Positions 11,181-24,403 of a DNA stretch of 64,000 nucleotides are shown in pieces (position 1 is the first letter of the stretch; each line of letters begins with the position of its first letter). This DNA comes from Octopus sinensis. Its lineage: Eukaryota. The notes beneath the pieces were generated by a model that saw only the letters and a program-made list of their open reading frames with translations, was not told the origin of the DNA and made no database searches. A program made the position numbers and the translations under genes. The stretch is taken from positions 56,978,001 through 57,042,000 of the forward strand of contig NC_043012.1 in NCBI RefSeq assembly GCF_006345805.1, written 5' to 3'.

Positions 11181-13149
11181 TCGGGATGCAATATCATTCA
11201 AGGTCATCTGAATCATCTTCATGTTCCAGATCATAACATACTGTATTTCATTAGAACAGATCCTTTCATGAATCGCCTCCTCCAGTTAACTGCATTGGTG
11301 CCTATGAATCGTTTACTAACTTACGAAGCAGCTGAGAGACAAATTACCCTCAGAAAATACAATATTAGTATGTCGTAGGTGACTTCTTTTTGTTTGCAAG
11401 TAAAACAACATTCCAAGCCAAACGGATCACTACCTTCAATTCATAGGATAAGACTCTAGTGTCCCTTACAGGTAAACTTTTCCCACAGAAGGTGTTAAAT
11501 ACAAGCTTTCCAGTCAACGAATCTTTCTTTCCCTCCACACTTCCGCTAGAGAACACTTGTATCTTTGCAGATAGCCTTTGTTTTTCAGGAGGAGCTAAAA
11601 AGAAGCTAAAAAAAAACCAGATTCCTGGCATTAGAATTATTCAATCCACACTCCACTGGATAGGACGCCAGAATCTACAGTACGTAGATCTTACAATGTA
11701 AGGAATTAAAAACATTCCTAACTAGAGAATCACACTCGTTCCCGCTTCCTGGTGTCTATTGTAAGTAGCATTTTCCCCCAGAATAAATTAACAACAGGAA
11801 GTCCAGCCAACAAATCACACTAACACCCCACCTCCGCACCTCTCTTCTAGATATAAGACACTTGTGTCTATTGTAAGAAGGAATTACAAGCAAAGTTCCA
11901 AGTCAAAGAATTCTCCACTTCACTGGATATGATGCGAGTAATCTTTCCCGCTGGAAGACTTAGAAAACCGACTTTTCAGATCGAAGAATCGCTCTCATTC
12001 TACTTCACTGGATAAGAAACCCTTGTTTATGATCAAAAGTCTCCCAGGAATTGAACACGGTATTCAAATGTAGCAAAGAATTTATCAAATCTGGACCGAT
12101 GGAAGCGTTTGTAGCTTCCATATGTTCTTAGCTTGGAGTTAAGTGGACTGACATTTTTGAGGGGTTGCCATTTTCTTCAGTGACACAATGTAATATTTGT
12201 TGGACACGGGACACGAACCATTGACCTCTTATTGCAGTTCTAATGCTAACTACCCACAGCAACGAGAATTTAAATAAACCAACTGACAGTTTTGAATCGA
12301 CAAGAATTAATTTAATAACAGGAGATTGTCCCATGGAAGGACTCAGCCCCAAACAGTGGATATTTCCTATTCACCATATTTCACCACTTCCCCATACCTA
12401 TGCATACCTTATACCTTCTCAAACAGTTCGTCCTTTCCGAAGTATTTCATTGGTTAATATATATTAATATTTCCCCATCTACCTTCCACCTTTCAAAATA
12501 GCAACAAAAAAAAAGGCAAAAAGAAAACGAGAAGAAAGAACGGAAACCTGTTTGCGTGGAAAATTTTATATTATCGTAGAAATTCAGGCAACTCTGGATA
12601 TTAATATTTCTATTACATAAAAGTAACATTGTTATTTCGTTAGAAATAATCGATTTTCTTGAATTCAATATAAAGGAAAATAGACATTAAGCTGGAATAT
12701 GGCAAAATATTTGCCTTTTTAAATAGGAAACAGCTAACACGGCATTTTTTCTCTTGTTTTTAATCCACGTCCTTCTAGAATAGATTTCAATAATGTCACT
12801 CATTGGATTAATCAGCAAAGCATGTTTCTGCTGTTGTAATATTAATTCTTTCTAATTTAAGCACAAGGACACACACATTTTTACCGGTGGTGATGGTGGA
12901 GACGATGGCGAGGACAGCGATGGGCGATTCAGAAGCGACGGGGATGGCGGTGCTGTTGATTAAATCATCGCCAGCACTTATTGACTGCTACCGCGTGTAT
13001 TATCGACCGTTGGAAGAATGGAAAAGCGAAGTCGAATCAAGCGAGATTTGAACGAAATAAATAAACAAATAAATAAATAAAAGCTGCGAAGGGAGATAAT
13101 TAAGACAATGATTTCCCCTGACGCTCTACCGATTCCGCCATATCGTTTC

Positions 13150-13353
13150 TCGTTTACTTGTTTCAGCCATTGGAGTACGGCCTTGCTGGAGCACCGGCCT
13201 TGAATGGTTTAGCCGAACTAATCGGTCCCAGTATTTACTCTTGAATGTCTGGTACTTAATACAGCGGTCTCTTTCGCCGAACCGCTCAGTTAGGAGGACG
13301 TTGATAAAACAACATGTTGCCAAGTTGGCGGAAAGACACAAACGCCCACATAC

Positions 13354-13398
<45 letters not shown>

Positions 13399-13855
13399 AC
13401 ACACACACACACACAACACACACACACACACACAGAGTATACATATATATATGTGTATATATAGGAGCAGGAGTGGCTGTGTGGTAAGTAGTTTGCTTAC
13501 CAATCACATGGTTCCGGGTTCATTCCTACCGCGTGGCACCTTGGGCAAGTGTCTTCTACTATAGCCTCGGGCCGACCAAAGCCTTGTGAGTGGATTTGGT
13601 GGACAGAAACTGAAAGAAGGCCGTCGTATATATGTGTATATGCATGTATGTGTGTGTATATGTTTGTGTGTCTGTGTTTGTCCACCCCAACATCTTTTGA
13701 CAACCGATGCTGGTGTGTTTACGTCCCCGTAAACGGCAAAAGAGACCGATAGAATATGTACTAGGTTTACAAAGAATAAGTCCTGAGGTCGATTTGTTCG
13801 ACTAAAGGCGGTGCTCCAGCATGGCCGAAGTCAAATGACTGAAACAAGTAAAAGA
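13150..13855. mobile_element. Two adjacent, divergently oriented family-B SINE pieces (old minus-strand 3' half 13150-13460, plus-strand full copy 13463-13855)
   Basis: Homology to the family-B consensus. Donor of the duplicated segment at about 23099-23359. Confidence 0.8.
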
Positions 13856-14602
13856 GAATGCTAGAATTAATGTTCATTTCGAATTTTGGCAGGAGACCAG
13901 CAATTTCTGGGGAAGGAGTAAGTCGATTATATGGACTCCAGCGTTAATCTGGTACTTATTTTATCAACCCCGAACGGATGAAAGGCAAAGTCGACTTTGG
14001 TGGAATTTGAACTCAGAACGTAAAACACGGATGAAATGTCACATTTTGTCCGGAGCGATATCGATCCTGCAGCTCGCCGTCTTAGTGCCAGAATTAATAT
14101 CCTTTCTACTATAGGCACAAAGCCTGAAATTTTTGGGGAGGGGCAAGTCGATTACATCGAGCCAAGTGCATAACTGGTACTTATTTCATCGAACACGAAA
14201 GGATGAAAAGCAAAGTCGACCTTGGCGGAATTTGAACTCGGAACTTAAAAGAGAAACGAAATGCTATAAAGCACTTTGCCCGGCGCGGTATCAATTCTGC
14301 CAGCTCACTCTCTTAAAATCGATTTTTAACATATTCATATAGCAACAGATTTCGGGGGGAAGAATATAGTTGATGAAATCGTCCTTAGTATATGACTGGT
14401 ATTTATTTTGTAAACCACCTGGAAAGTCGAAAGCAAAATTTAGTACCAACAGGATTTTGTCTGAGCTTAAGGGCGCCTAACTAAATGCTGCAGTTTATTG
14501 ATTCTCCCAGCCCACCGCTCTTCATATCTATCCATCCATCTATCTACTTACCTACCTACCTATCAATCTTCCTACCTACTTACCTACCTGTCTCTCTGTC
14601 TG

Positions 14603-14666
<64 letters not shown>

Positions 14667-15004
14667 CCTACCTACCTACCTACCTACCTATATATATATT
14701 TATATCGGTTTCTTTCCCCCGTACCTACAAATACACATTGAATTCTCTCACGTGATCAAATTACCTGTCGCAGGATTGTTTCTTTTGTCGTTATCATTTT
14801 ACTTGTTTCAGTCATTGGACTGCAGCCATTCTGGGGTGGTACCTGTATACCTAAAAGCCTCAGAGTAATGCGCATTGGAATAATTACTTACTAACATACA
14901 TATATATATACTCAATATGGCGTATTAGTATCTTTTACTTGATTACACATTTTTTCAGTTCTATGCACGCATTTATATTTTACATATATATATGTACATG
15001 TATA

Positions 15005-15185
<181 letters not shown>

Positions 15186-16007
15186 GCATGCTGGTTATGA
15201 GTACACACCACTGACCACGACCAACTAGGCCGAAATGCATCTGGCCTTCTCTCTCGCTACAGCTGGGGGCGGTTTTCGTCTTCTTCCCAGTTATATTGCA
15301 TTTTAAAGCACAACAGCACGTCCATAAGAGACATCATCTCTGGACTAATACCGCAGTAAATTTGCCTATCACGATGTATTTACATTAAATATGATACATA
15401 AAAGTGTATATATCACACACACACACATACACACGTACACACACAACATTTAAATGTTTTAGTCTTTAGGTAGCGGCCATGCTATCAGTTGGACAAAAAT
15501 TCTTCAAGGCATCGCCTTGAAGAATTCTTGTGGAACTGATCGACTTTAGTACTTTTTCTTTTTTAAGGCCTGGTACTTACTTATTCTATACGTTCCATCT
15601 GCCGAATCGCTAGGTACGGGGACGCAAACATACCAACACTGGTTGCCAAGCGGTTGTGGAGGACTCATTAAGATACACACACACGGTCACATACACAAAT
15701 ACGCTTACATACACCCATACGCACGCACATACACACACACGCTCACACACACATATGCATATACGATAGGTTTCTTTCAGTTTCCGCCTACCACATCAAC
15801 TCATATGACTTTGATCGGAATGAGGTTATAGTGAAAGACACTTGCCGAAGATGCCACGAAGTGGGACTGAACCCGGAGCCATGTGGTTGGGAAGCGCACC
15901 TCTTACCATACAGCCACATCTGCACACTCACACATACAGGGCGTCCATACATTATCTTTACAACTTTCATACTTTGAAACTCAATATTGTAAAGAAAATT
16001 TATGGAC

Positions 16008-16067
<60 letters not shown>

Positions 16068-17113
16068 GAGTTACTATGACCCAGACTGACATTAAACACC
16101 GAACTCAATGCTAACAACAAGACTGTAGGTATAACTACATTAGCCACGCGTGTCATAAACTAGAACTACAAACATAATAAACTTGATTTTAAGTGTATTA
16201 AAGAGCTTATATAGGAAAACCAGAAGACAACTAACAGCACTGCGATTATTTCATCTGAAAATTTCATTTGGACAGACAAAAAAACGACGGAGCCGGACAC
16301 AAATAGAAAATTATTAGACAGTAGATACAGTGCATTCAGAGAACAATATCGTCTTTGTTAAGAAGAATAGCAGTGCCTTAACTCCTTTTTAGGGATTTTG
16401 AGACTAGTGGCTATTAGTGGGGAAGGGAGGAAGATATCCTGAAATCTGAAACCAAGTGTCTTCTACTATAGCCTTCGGTCGTTCAAAGCCTCGAGAAAAA
16501 TTAGGTTACTATTTCTAGCATGTAGCCAACCCACTTGGAGGTCTTCTCATTGTCTCGTAGATATTTTTGTTTTTGATTGCAACAGAAGGGATTCCGTTAA
16601 AGATACCCAAGGGCCAGGTGGTGGTGTTAGACCGGGCGAGGGATTAAGCAAATCACACAAGCGAGCAATGGTTGTGTTTGAACTCAGAAAGCAAAGAACC
16701 AGATCAAGCAATTCCAGGTATCCAGTCAAGTGGCCTGACGATTCCGCCAGTTCTATTATATTAGACCGGTATTATGTTTATCGAACTCGGAAGTATTAAA
16801 GGTAAAGTTGACCTCGGCGAGATTTGAAATCGTAATTCTAGGAACCCGGGATCAATGCTGCAGAGTAATTCGTTCGACCGGCGCTTCTGACTTTTCTTCT
16901 GATTCGCCAGAAGCAAACAACGATAGATTGACAAAGCAACAAGAATAATCATTTTTTTTTGTGTGTGTGTGTATACATACATATATGCACACACACACAC
17001 ACCACACACACACACACACACACCACACACACACACACACATAGGCAAAAGAAACAATCCCCTGTATATTTATATGTGTATATACATATATATATGAATG
17101 TATATATATATGA

Positions 17114-17146
<33 letters not shown>

Positions 17147-18031
17147 ACAAAGTGGAGTTGTGGGGTACCGCACGAGTGGAATTATATACGAAAGAATGTT
17201 TGAAAATGCAATTTAAAAGATGTTTATTTACTTTACTGGTTTCACTCTTTGGAAAAAGATTGTCAAAAGTAACATGTAGAAGTTTGGTTGCGTTAATTAT
17301 TGGTTGTTACAAATTGCTACATTACACATATACAGTCTTTGGTAACAGGGACATGTTAAGGACATAAAAAAGTTCAACAAGTTCCTTAAAATATTGGGCA
17401 CAAAAGATTACTACATAAATAATCGTTCTCAAAGACATGCTTAAGATAGTTTCCAGAAGGAATTGATATTGGTATTGGTTTTGTATCTGTATATTTAAAC
17501 ATGCACAGAATATTGGTTGACACAGAGAACTACAATCCATATAAATATACATTCTTTGGTGACAAGAGCATGTTGAGAATATAAAAAAGTTTTGAAATAA
17601 TGGGCACAAAAGATTACAACAAATATATCATACATTCTCAAGATAATTTCCAGAAGGAATTATTAAAATATTTAATAATTCCCCAGGTTGGACCTCGCCG
17701 AAGAAGATCAGACCTTGCGAGTTCCCCCAACTTGCTAAAAGAAGATCAGAAACCAATTTGGTCCGGGGTATTAAATGGTAAATGTTTTTCATTTCCAAAT
17801 TTATTCCTATCGAATTTTATCTATTATTTTTGTGGTTCTCTAATGTGTTGAATCTCACCTTAAGTGTGGATTCCTTATGTGTATAAATATACACTATATT
17901 GTATAACTAATACATAGTCTTCTTGACTAATTTTTTTGCACGTTAGACCACTGGAAATGTAAATTTTGATTGAATATTTAAAATTTAATTAAATTCCATT
18001 TCCCTTTTGATATGATTAAACATTATATGTA

Positions 18032-18068
<37 letters not shown>

Positions 18069-18231
18069 GCCTGCTCGCTTAGCCAGTGGGGTGGCGTCAT
18101 TAGAAGGCTAAAACAATGCGCAGCGCATTGTGACCAGCGATGTGTAGTAACATCTGATAGCCTGGTCGGTCACGGTGATATACATACACATGTATATATA
18201 TATATCTATATCTATATATACATACACACAC

Positions 18232-18308
<77 letters not shown>

Positions 18309-18534
18309 CAAGAAAGTTAGTGGTTGTGAATCCAACCAACTAAGGGATAATATCTATCCAATATACAGCTAGTAGAATTGGTGTATTTTTGTGGTTGTAA
18401 TTTTGGTGGATAAATACACAAATAGACATAATATAGTGTCTGGGGGTTGATGAGTGCCACCTGTTGACCCTCCCCGTTTTCTTGTTGCTCCACCCTCTCT
18501 CTCTCTCTATATATATATATGTAAATAAATAAAT

Positions 18535-18781
18535 GCACCCTTTTAAAGCCTAGCTATTCTCATGGGCCCGGTTTTCCGGTTTCAATGGCGTATGTGTTCC
18601 CCAGCTGGACGGGGCGCCAGTCCATCGCAGGATTACTCATTTTTGCGAGCTGAGTGGACTGGAGCAACGTGAAATGAAGGGTTTTGATCAAGAACACAAC
18701 GCGTCGCCCGGTCCAGGAATCGAAACCACAATCTTACGATCATGATGCTGACACCCTAACCACTAAACCACGCGCCTCCAC
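18535..18781 (-). mobile_element. tRNA-headed SINE with CORE-like segment followed by V-domain-like motif
   Basis: Reverse complement: gtggaggcgcgtggtttagtggttaggg...gtttcgattcc (A/B boxes)...gttgtgttcttga...cctgcgatggactggcgccccgtccag. Related copy at 47405-47690. Confidence 0.7.
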
Positions 18782-18905
18782 ACACACACACATACATACA
18801 TATAGTAAATCCCAAAATAGAAGAACAGACACACAAAAAGCACAACAACGCGAGGATGTGGTACATGTAAAGTATTAGCAGACGATCAGGGAAGGAAAAA
18901 AAGAT

Positions 18906-18941
18906 GGTTTACCGTTTCGACCAATGCTTTTCTTCAGAAAC
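18906..18941 (-). ncRNA. Degenerate minimal hammerhead-like motif
   Basis: Minus strand: gttt CTGAAGA aaagcattggtc GAAAC ggtaaacc. Flanks resemble those of the 51108 copy. Stems are imperfect. Confidence 0.35.
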
Positions 18942-19702
18942 AGAGGAAAGTCCAAGAGAAAGGAAGACGGAGGAAGAATATCGCCAACGATTCACATGTG
19001 GTTACATTTTGAAATGACCAGAAGGGAATGGGTGAAAAAAAAAAGTTCTTTCTGAGACAGGAGAGTGTAAGAGAAGGAGCTATATGTGTCTATGTGTGGG
19101 CATGTGCGTGTGCGCAGGTCTGTGTGTGTGTGTAATAGCGCGTGTGTGTGCGTATGTGTTGTGTGTGTGTGGTGCGTGTATGTGGTTTTGGCTGTTTATA
19201 TGTGTATGTATGAGTGAACTTTTTGTCTCTCAATGTTGTAGGAAGAATTCAGCAAGCGGTGCTTTGTGTAGTTGTGTGTCTTTTCACACGTGCGTAGAGG
19301 AATGGTGAGTAGAAAGGTGATTGACCAGCAGTTTGAAGTATGTGTGTGCGTGTGTATGTGTGTATATATGTATGTATGCGTGTGCGTATGTATATGTGTG
19401 TGTGTGTGTGTGCGTGGGTGCGTGTGCGCGTGCGTACGATTATGTGTTTGTGAATGTGGGGTTGTGTGTGTGGAGGTATATGTGCATTCTTGTTCCTGTA
19501 TGCGCGTGCACTTGTGAGTTCGCGTGCGTGTGTATGTGTGTATAATATAAATGATATATATATATATATATATACACACACATATATATGTGTATATATA
19601 TATGTATGTATGTATGTATGTATATGTATATATATGAGACATAGATATATATGCATACGTATACATATATACATATACATGTATATATATGTATACATAC
19701 AT

Positions 19703-19739
<37 letters not shown>

Positions 19740-19795
19740 CACACACGCACGCACAAAAACATACACGCACATATATTTAAGCAACAGAACCAATC

Positions 19796-19838
<43 letters not shown>

Positions 19839-20021
19839 AAAACAAAATACAAAATAAAAATCAATTAATGTGAAAAAAGAAAAAGGTTTCGATGAGGACA
19901 AAACAAGAGAAAATGCTAAAAGAGAGAAGAAAGAGAGATAAAAACCAAAGTAAATATTCAAAAAATATAAAAAAACAAAATCAAAACCCTTATCGCTCTC
20001 ATTTTTCTGCGAGATAGCAAG

Positions 20022-20052
<31 letters not shown>

Positions 20053-20616
20053 GGGAGTCAGCGAAAAATATATATAAATAAATAGGGAAGCTAACAATGG
20101 CTCAAAAGGTTTGGACGAAAGGCAGAAACACAAGGCTTTGAAAATCAGGGTCTTTTCACGAAAAAATATGAAAATTATGAAAATAAAATAGTAAAACAAG
20201 GAACTAACGCCAACGTCCATACATCAGATCAACATAGAGGAAAACACCAAGGTTCAGTATTTGTCCAGTGTTTATAAAGGCAATATATTCACAGGCATAG
20301 GTAAGGCAGGTAGCTGTATCTCTAAGATAATTTGAAGAGAAGGGGCTTTCGTATCTCAGATCGGTTCGCATCAGTCCATTCCACGCCCAGTGAATTATTT
20401 GGTTACAATGCTCTGGAATACGCTTCCTAAAACTGACAAAGAGTTCAAAGCGAGTCCGCCAAGATATTGGAATAGAAGATAGAAAAGAAAACCTATGGAT
20501 TCTGATAAACTTGTCGATCCCTGCTGTAGAAAGCAGCACCTATAAAGGTATGTGAAGTAATTCAAATACAAGGACCTCAAAGGGACAACACGCACTAGAT
20601 ATGAGATGTCAAAAAG

Positions 20617-20770
20617 TATTGGGTTGTTCTGAAAGTTCGTGCCGATTTGTAAAGGAAAGAAAAAAAGGTCAATAAATACTTGCCATTACATTTTTAATCA
20701 ACCAAATACGAACTATTTTGTTGCACAATCTTTCCTTTAACTTGAAAATACTCTCTTCCCAGAATTGAGG
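20617..20770. mobile_element. One end of a mariner-like element
   Basis: TA + ttgggttgttctgaaagttcgtgccga resembles a mariner TIR. No partner end found. Confidence 0.45.
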
Positions 20771-21699
20771 TGCCTGGGAGGGTATGTTGAAAGGTACGCT
20801 ACTATAAATCGGCACGAACTTTCTGGACAAGCCAATAGAATGGTACTTATAACAAGATCAATCCAGAAAATTCATAAAATTAAAAACCGCATTCATTGGC
20901 CTACAACTGTTTCTGTTTTAAGGAACCATGCACCGAGAGTTGAATGTACTGCGACATCTCACAGCCTTTGTAATGGATGTGTTTCTTTGTCGTGGAAAGC
21001 AGTTAAATCTGTAGCTGGCTACATACAGCCATATTCTTTTATTCTTTTACTTGTATCAGTCATTTGATTGCGGTCATGCTGGAGTACCGCCTTGAGGGAT
21101 TTTAGTCGAACAAATTAACTCCAGAACTTATTTTTAAAGCTTAGCAGTTATTCTTTTGCTGAATTGCTAAGTTACGGGGACGTAAACACACCAACAGCCG
21201 TTGTCAAGCGGTGATGGGGACAAACACAGACACAACGACACACATAGATATATACATATATATATATATATACGACGGGCTTCTTTCAGTTTCCGTCTAC
21301 CAAATCCACTCACGGGGCTTTGATCGGCCCGAGGCTATAGCAGAAGACACTTGTCCAAGGCGACACGCAATGAGACTGAACCGGAACCAAGTGGTTGGGA
21401 AGCAAGCTACTTACCACATAGCCACGCCTGTATAATATACATAGGTAGATAGGAGGTTAAATTACTGTGAGATAATACAGAACACTATAGCCAAGTGGAA
21501 CTATAAAATAAAATAAAATAAAAAAAAAACTATTTAATTTTCTCAGGACAGATGCATCTCCAAAAGGTTCTTGTGTACTTGCAGTTCAGTCCTGGTATTA
21601 AAAACAAATTTCCTCGGAGTTGCTTTGGGTTAATACTGAGGCCAGAAATAAATTCTAAGAATGAAATAATAGACAGTGATTGTGAAGCCATTCCATGAA

Positions 21700-21900
21700 T
21701 AAGCAATAGTTAAGTTATTATGTAATAAATTGGAAGACGGACGGACTGAGGAAGCTAGATAGAAAAACAAGAAAATTAATGACTATATTTAGAAAACACT
21801 GTTGCAAAAAAAAATCTGACACCGAGCGGTTGTATCTATCTCAAGCAAAATGGCGGGCGAGGATTTGTATAATTAGAAAATTCAGTAAAAAACAGATACT
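21700..21900 (+). pseudogene. R4/Dong-clade non-LTR retrotransposon, RT thumb remnant
   Basis: Translates VINWKTDGLRKLDRKTRKLMT...DTERLYL..(fs)..GGRG, matching the LDRKTRK...RLYL.R.EGGRGL motif. Confidence 0.7.
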
Positions 21901-22061
21901 GTAGTACAAATAACATTAGATTAATACAAATAGTTAAAAAGAAAGCAAGACGAAGGAAAAAAATAATAAGACTATAAGGAATTATCTCCATCTTCAAGGA
22001 GGTTAAGAAACTCAACAAAGACGCTGGCGATGGCGGACGAGCCATAGAATCCTTAGAAGAA

Positions 22062-22099
<38 letters not shown>

Positions 22100-23112
22100 T
22101 GTATATAAATACTTGAATAATATGATAAATGAAAAACAGTTGCGTAGACTTTCAGCGTGAAAAGAGTCAGAATCGAACTGTTAGCCCTGAAGATCGAGTT
22201 TATTGACCGAGACTGAAGGCCTCCTGATAACAGATCAATGTCTGTATTATGAAAATTAATATGGAAAATTGGATTTAAAAAAAAAAAAAGAGAAAATTGG
22301 TTTCTGATGACTGAAGACTAATGGCTGGGCATTGCAAAGAAAAAAATTGATCCTCAAATTTACCAAAAAATAATAACAGAAAGATAGACGTGGACGACGA
22401 CGACAATGACGACAACGACAACTGACGACAACGATCTTCAAGTTGCCACACGCATTCTTAGTAGCTTAGAGAAGGCTCGAATTAAAGATTATTCTTTGTG
22501 GCTAATGGCGTGAGTCCTGATTGGAAGAAGAGGAAGTAGAAGAAGAAGAAGAAAAAGAAGACAACAACGAAGACTCCTCTGCGTAGTCGTTTAGTGTGGT
22601 AGAAATAGCAGCCAAATCTCTTTCAGATTTTTACCAACTGCTTTTGTTTCAGTTAATCTTAAAAACGAAGGCCTTTGTAAAATATCTTATACTCTTTTAC
22701 TCTTTTACTTGTTTCAGTCATTTGACTGCGGCCATGCTGGAGCACCGTCTTTAGTCGAGCAAATCGACCCCAGGACTTATTCTTTGTAAGCCTAGTACTT
22801 ATTCTATCGGTCTCTTTTGCCGAAACGTTAAGTTACGGGGACGTAAACACACCAGAATCGGTTGTCAAGCGATGTTAGGGGGAAAACAGACACAGAAACA
22901 TATATACACACACGTATACATATAAATATATATATATATACGACGGGCTTCTTTCAGTTTCCGTCTACCAAATCCGTTTACAAGGCTTTGGTGGGCCCGA
23001 GGCTATGGTAGAAGACATTTGCCCAAGGTGCCACGCAGTGGGACTGAACCCGGAACCATGTGGTTGATAAGCAAGCTACTTACCACACAGCCACCCCTGC
23101 TCCTATATATAT

Positions 23113-23145
<33 letters not shown>

Positions 23146-23159
23146 CTCTGTGTGTGCGT

Positions 23160-23196
<37 letters not shown>

Positions 23197-23639
23197 GTAT
23201 GTGGGCGTTTGTGTCTTTCCGCCAACTTGGCAACATGTTGGTTTATCTACGTCCTCCTAACTTAGCGGTTCGGCGAAAGAGACCGCTGTATCAAGTACCA
23301 GACATTCAAGAGTATATACTGGGGCCGATTAGTTCGGCTAAACCATTCAAGGCCCGTGCAAGCTACTTACCACACAGCCACCCCTACGCCTATAATAATA
23401 ATAAAGCTGGTATTTGTGAAATAAATTTACATGAATTTTTAATGAAAGGTTTTAATTTAAACGAAGTAGTTAGTTAGAAAATCACTATAAGAGATAAAAG
23501 CAGTAGCTATACTGAGAAATAATGTTTATCGCCGCTTCAATATGGCTGTTTTATAGGAACCGACGTTACTACCGTTTTTAACCGTAAAAGGAGCCTCCTT
23601 CAGCTGGTTATCGATGCAATCTGCACCTGATATATATTC

Positions 23640-24055
23640 TATTCTCCTCTCGGCACAAGGCCCGAAATGTGTTTTGGTGGGGGGTGGACGGAGCCAGTCG
23701 ATTAGATCGACCCCAACACGCAACTCGTACTTAATTCATCGATCCCGAAAGGATAAAAAGCGAAGTCGACCTCGGAGAAAATTGAACTCAGAACGTAGCG
23801 GCAGACGAAATACCTATTTCTATTTCTTTACTACCCACAAGGGGCTAAACACAGAGGGGACAAACAAGGACAGACCAACGGATTAAGTCGATTACATCGA
23901 CCCCAGTGCGTAACTGGTACTTAATTTAATCGACCCCGAAAGGATGAAAGGCAAAGTCGACCTCGGCGGAATTTGAACTCAGAACGTAGCGGCAGACGAA
24001 ATACCCCTAAGTATTTCGCCCATCGTGCTAACGATTCTGCCAGCTCACCGCCTTG
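23640..24055 (-). mobile_element. Family-A SINE dimer
   Basis: Junction gaaatacctatttc(tatttc)tttactac at about 23807-23834. Confidence 0.8.
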
Positions 24056-24229
24056 CACCCGATATATATTACAAGCAGTTTTCATTTAATTCCCTTTAAA
24101 ACGCATGCGTACCATAGAAACAGGGGTGGCTTCGGATGGGTTGCTATAAAAATAGAATATAAAAGTATGTTACCTTAAATGTTTTCTCCCATTTGAAGTT
24201 TAGGACACACTGAAGGACATTAGAACGTC

Positions 24230-24403
24230 ACTATTTTAAAATCTCACAACGAGAGATATTCAGCAACAGCACTTTGGAGTAAAGATTTTTGCCAACATAA
24301 CATAGCAGTCCTGGTTTAGGATGATGTCACCTGGGGCTAAATTACACCAACATTCGTCCTAAACCGGGACTGCCATGTTATGTTGGCAAAAATCTTTACT
24401 CCA
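24230..24403. mobile_element. Foldback element with leader, copy 2
   Basis: Leader actattttaaaatctcacaacgagagatattcagcaacag plus hairpin 24275-24403. Confidence 0.75.

Noticed and set aside
13463-13560. tRNA genes at the A/B-box sequences
   Set aside because: They are SINE heads continuing into core and tail, with no complete cloverleaf.
20228-20548. Possible coding exons (INIEENTKVQ..., donors near 20291 and 20548)
   Set aside because: Weak acceptors and no recognisable protein. Part resembles a decayed CR1 end (WNTLP).
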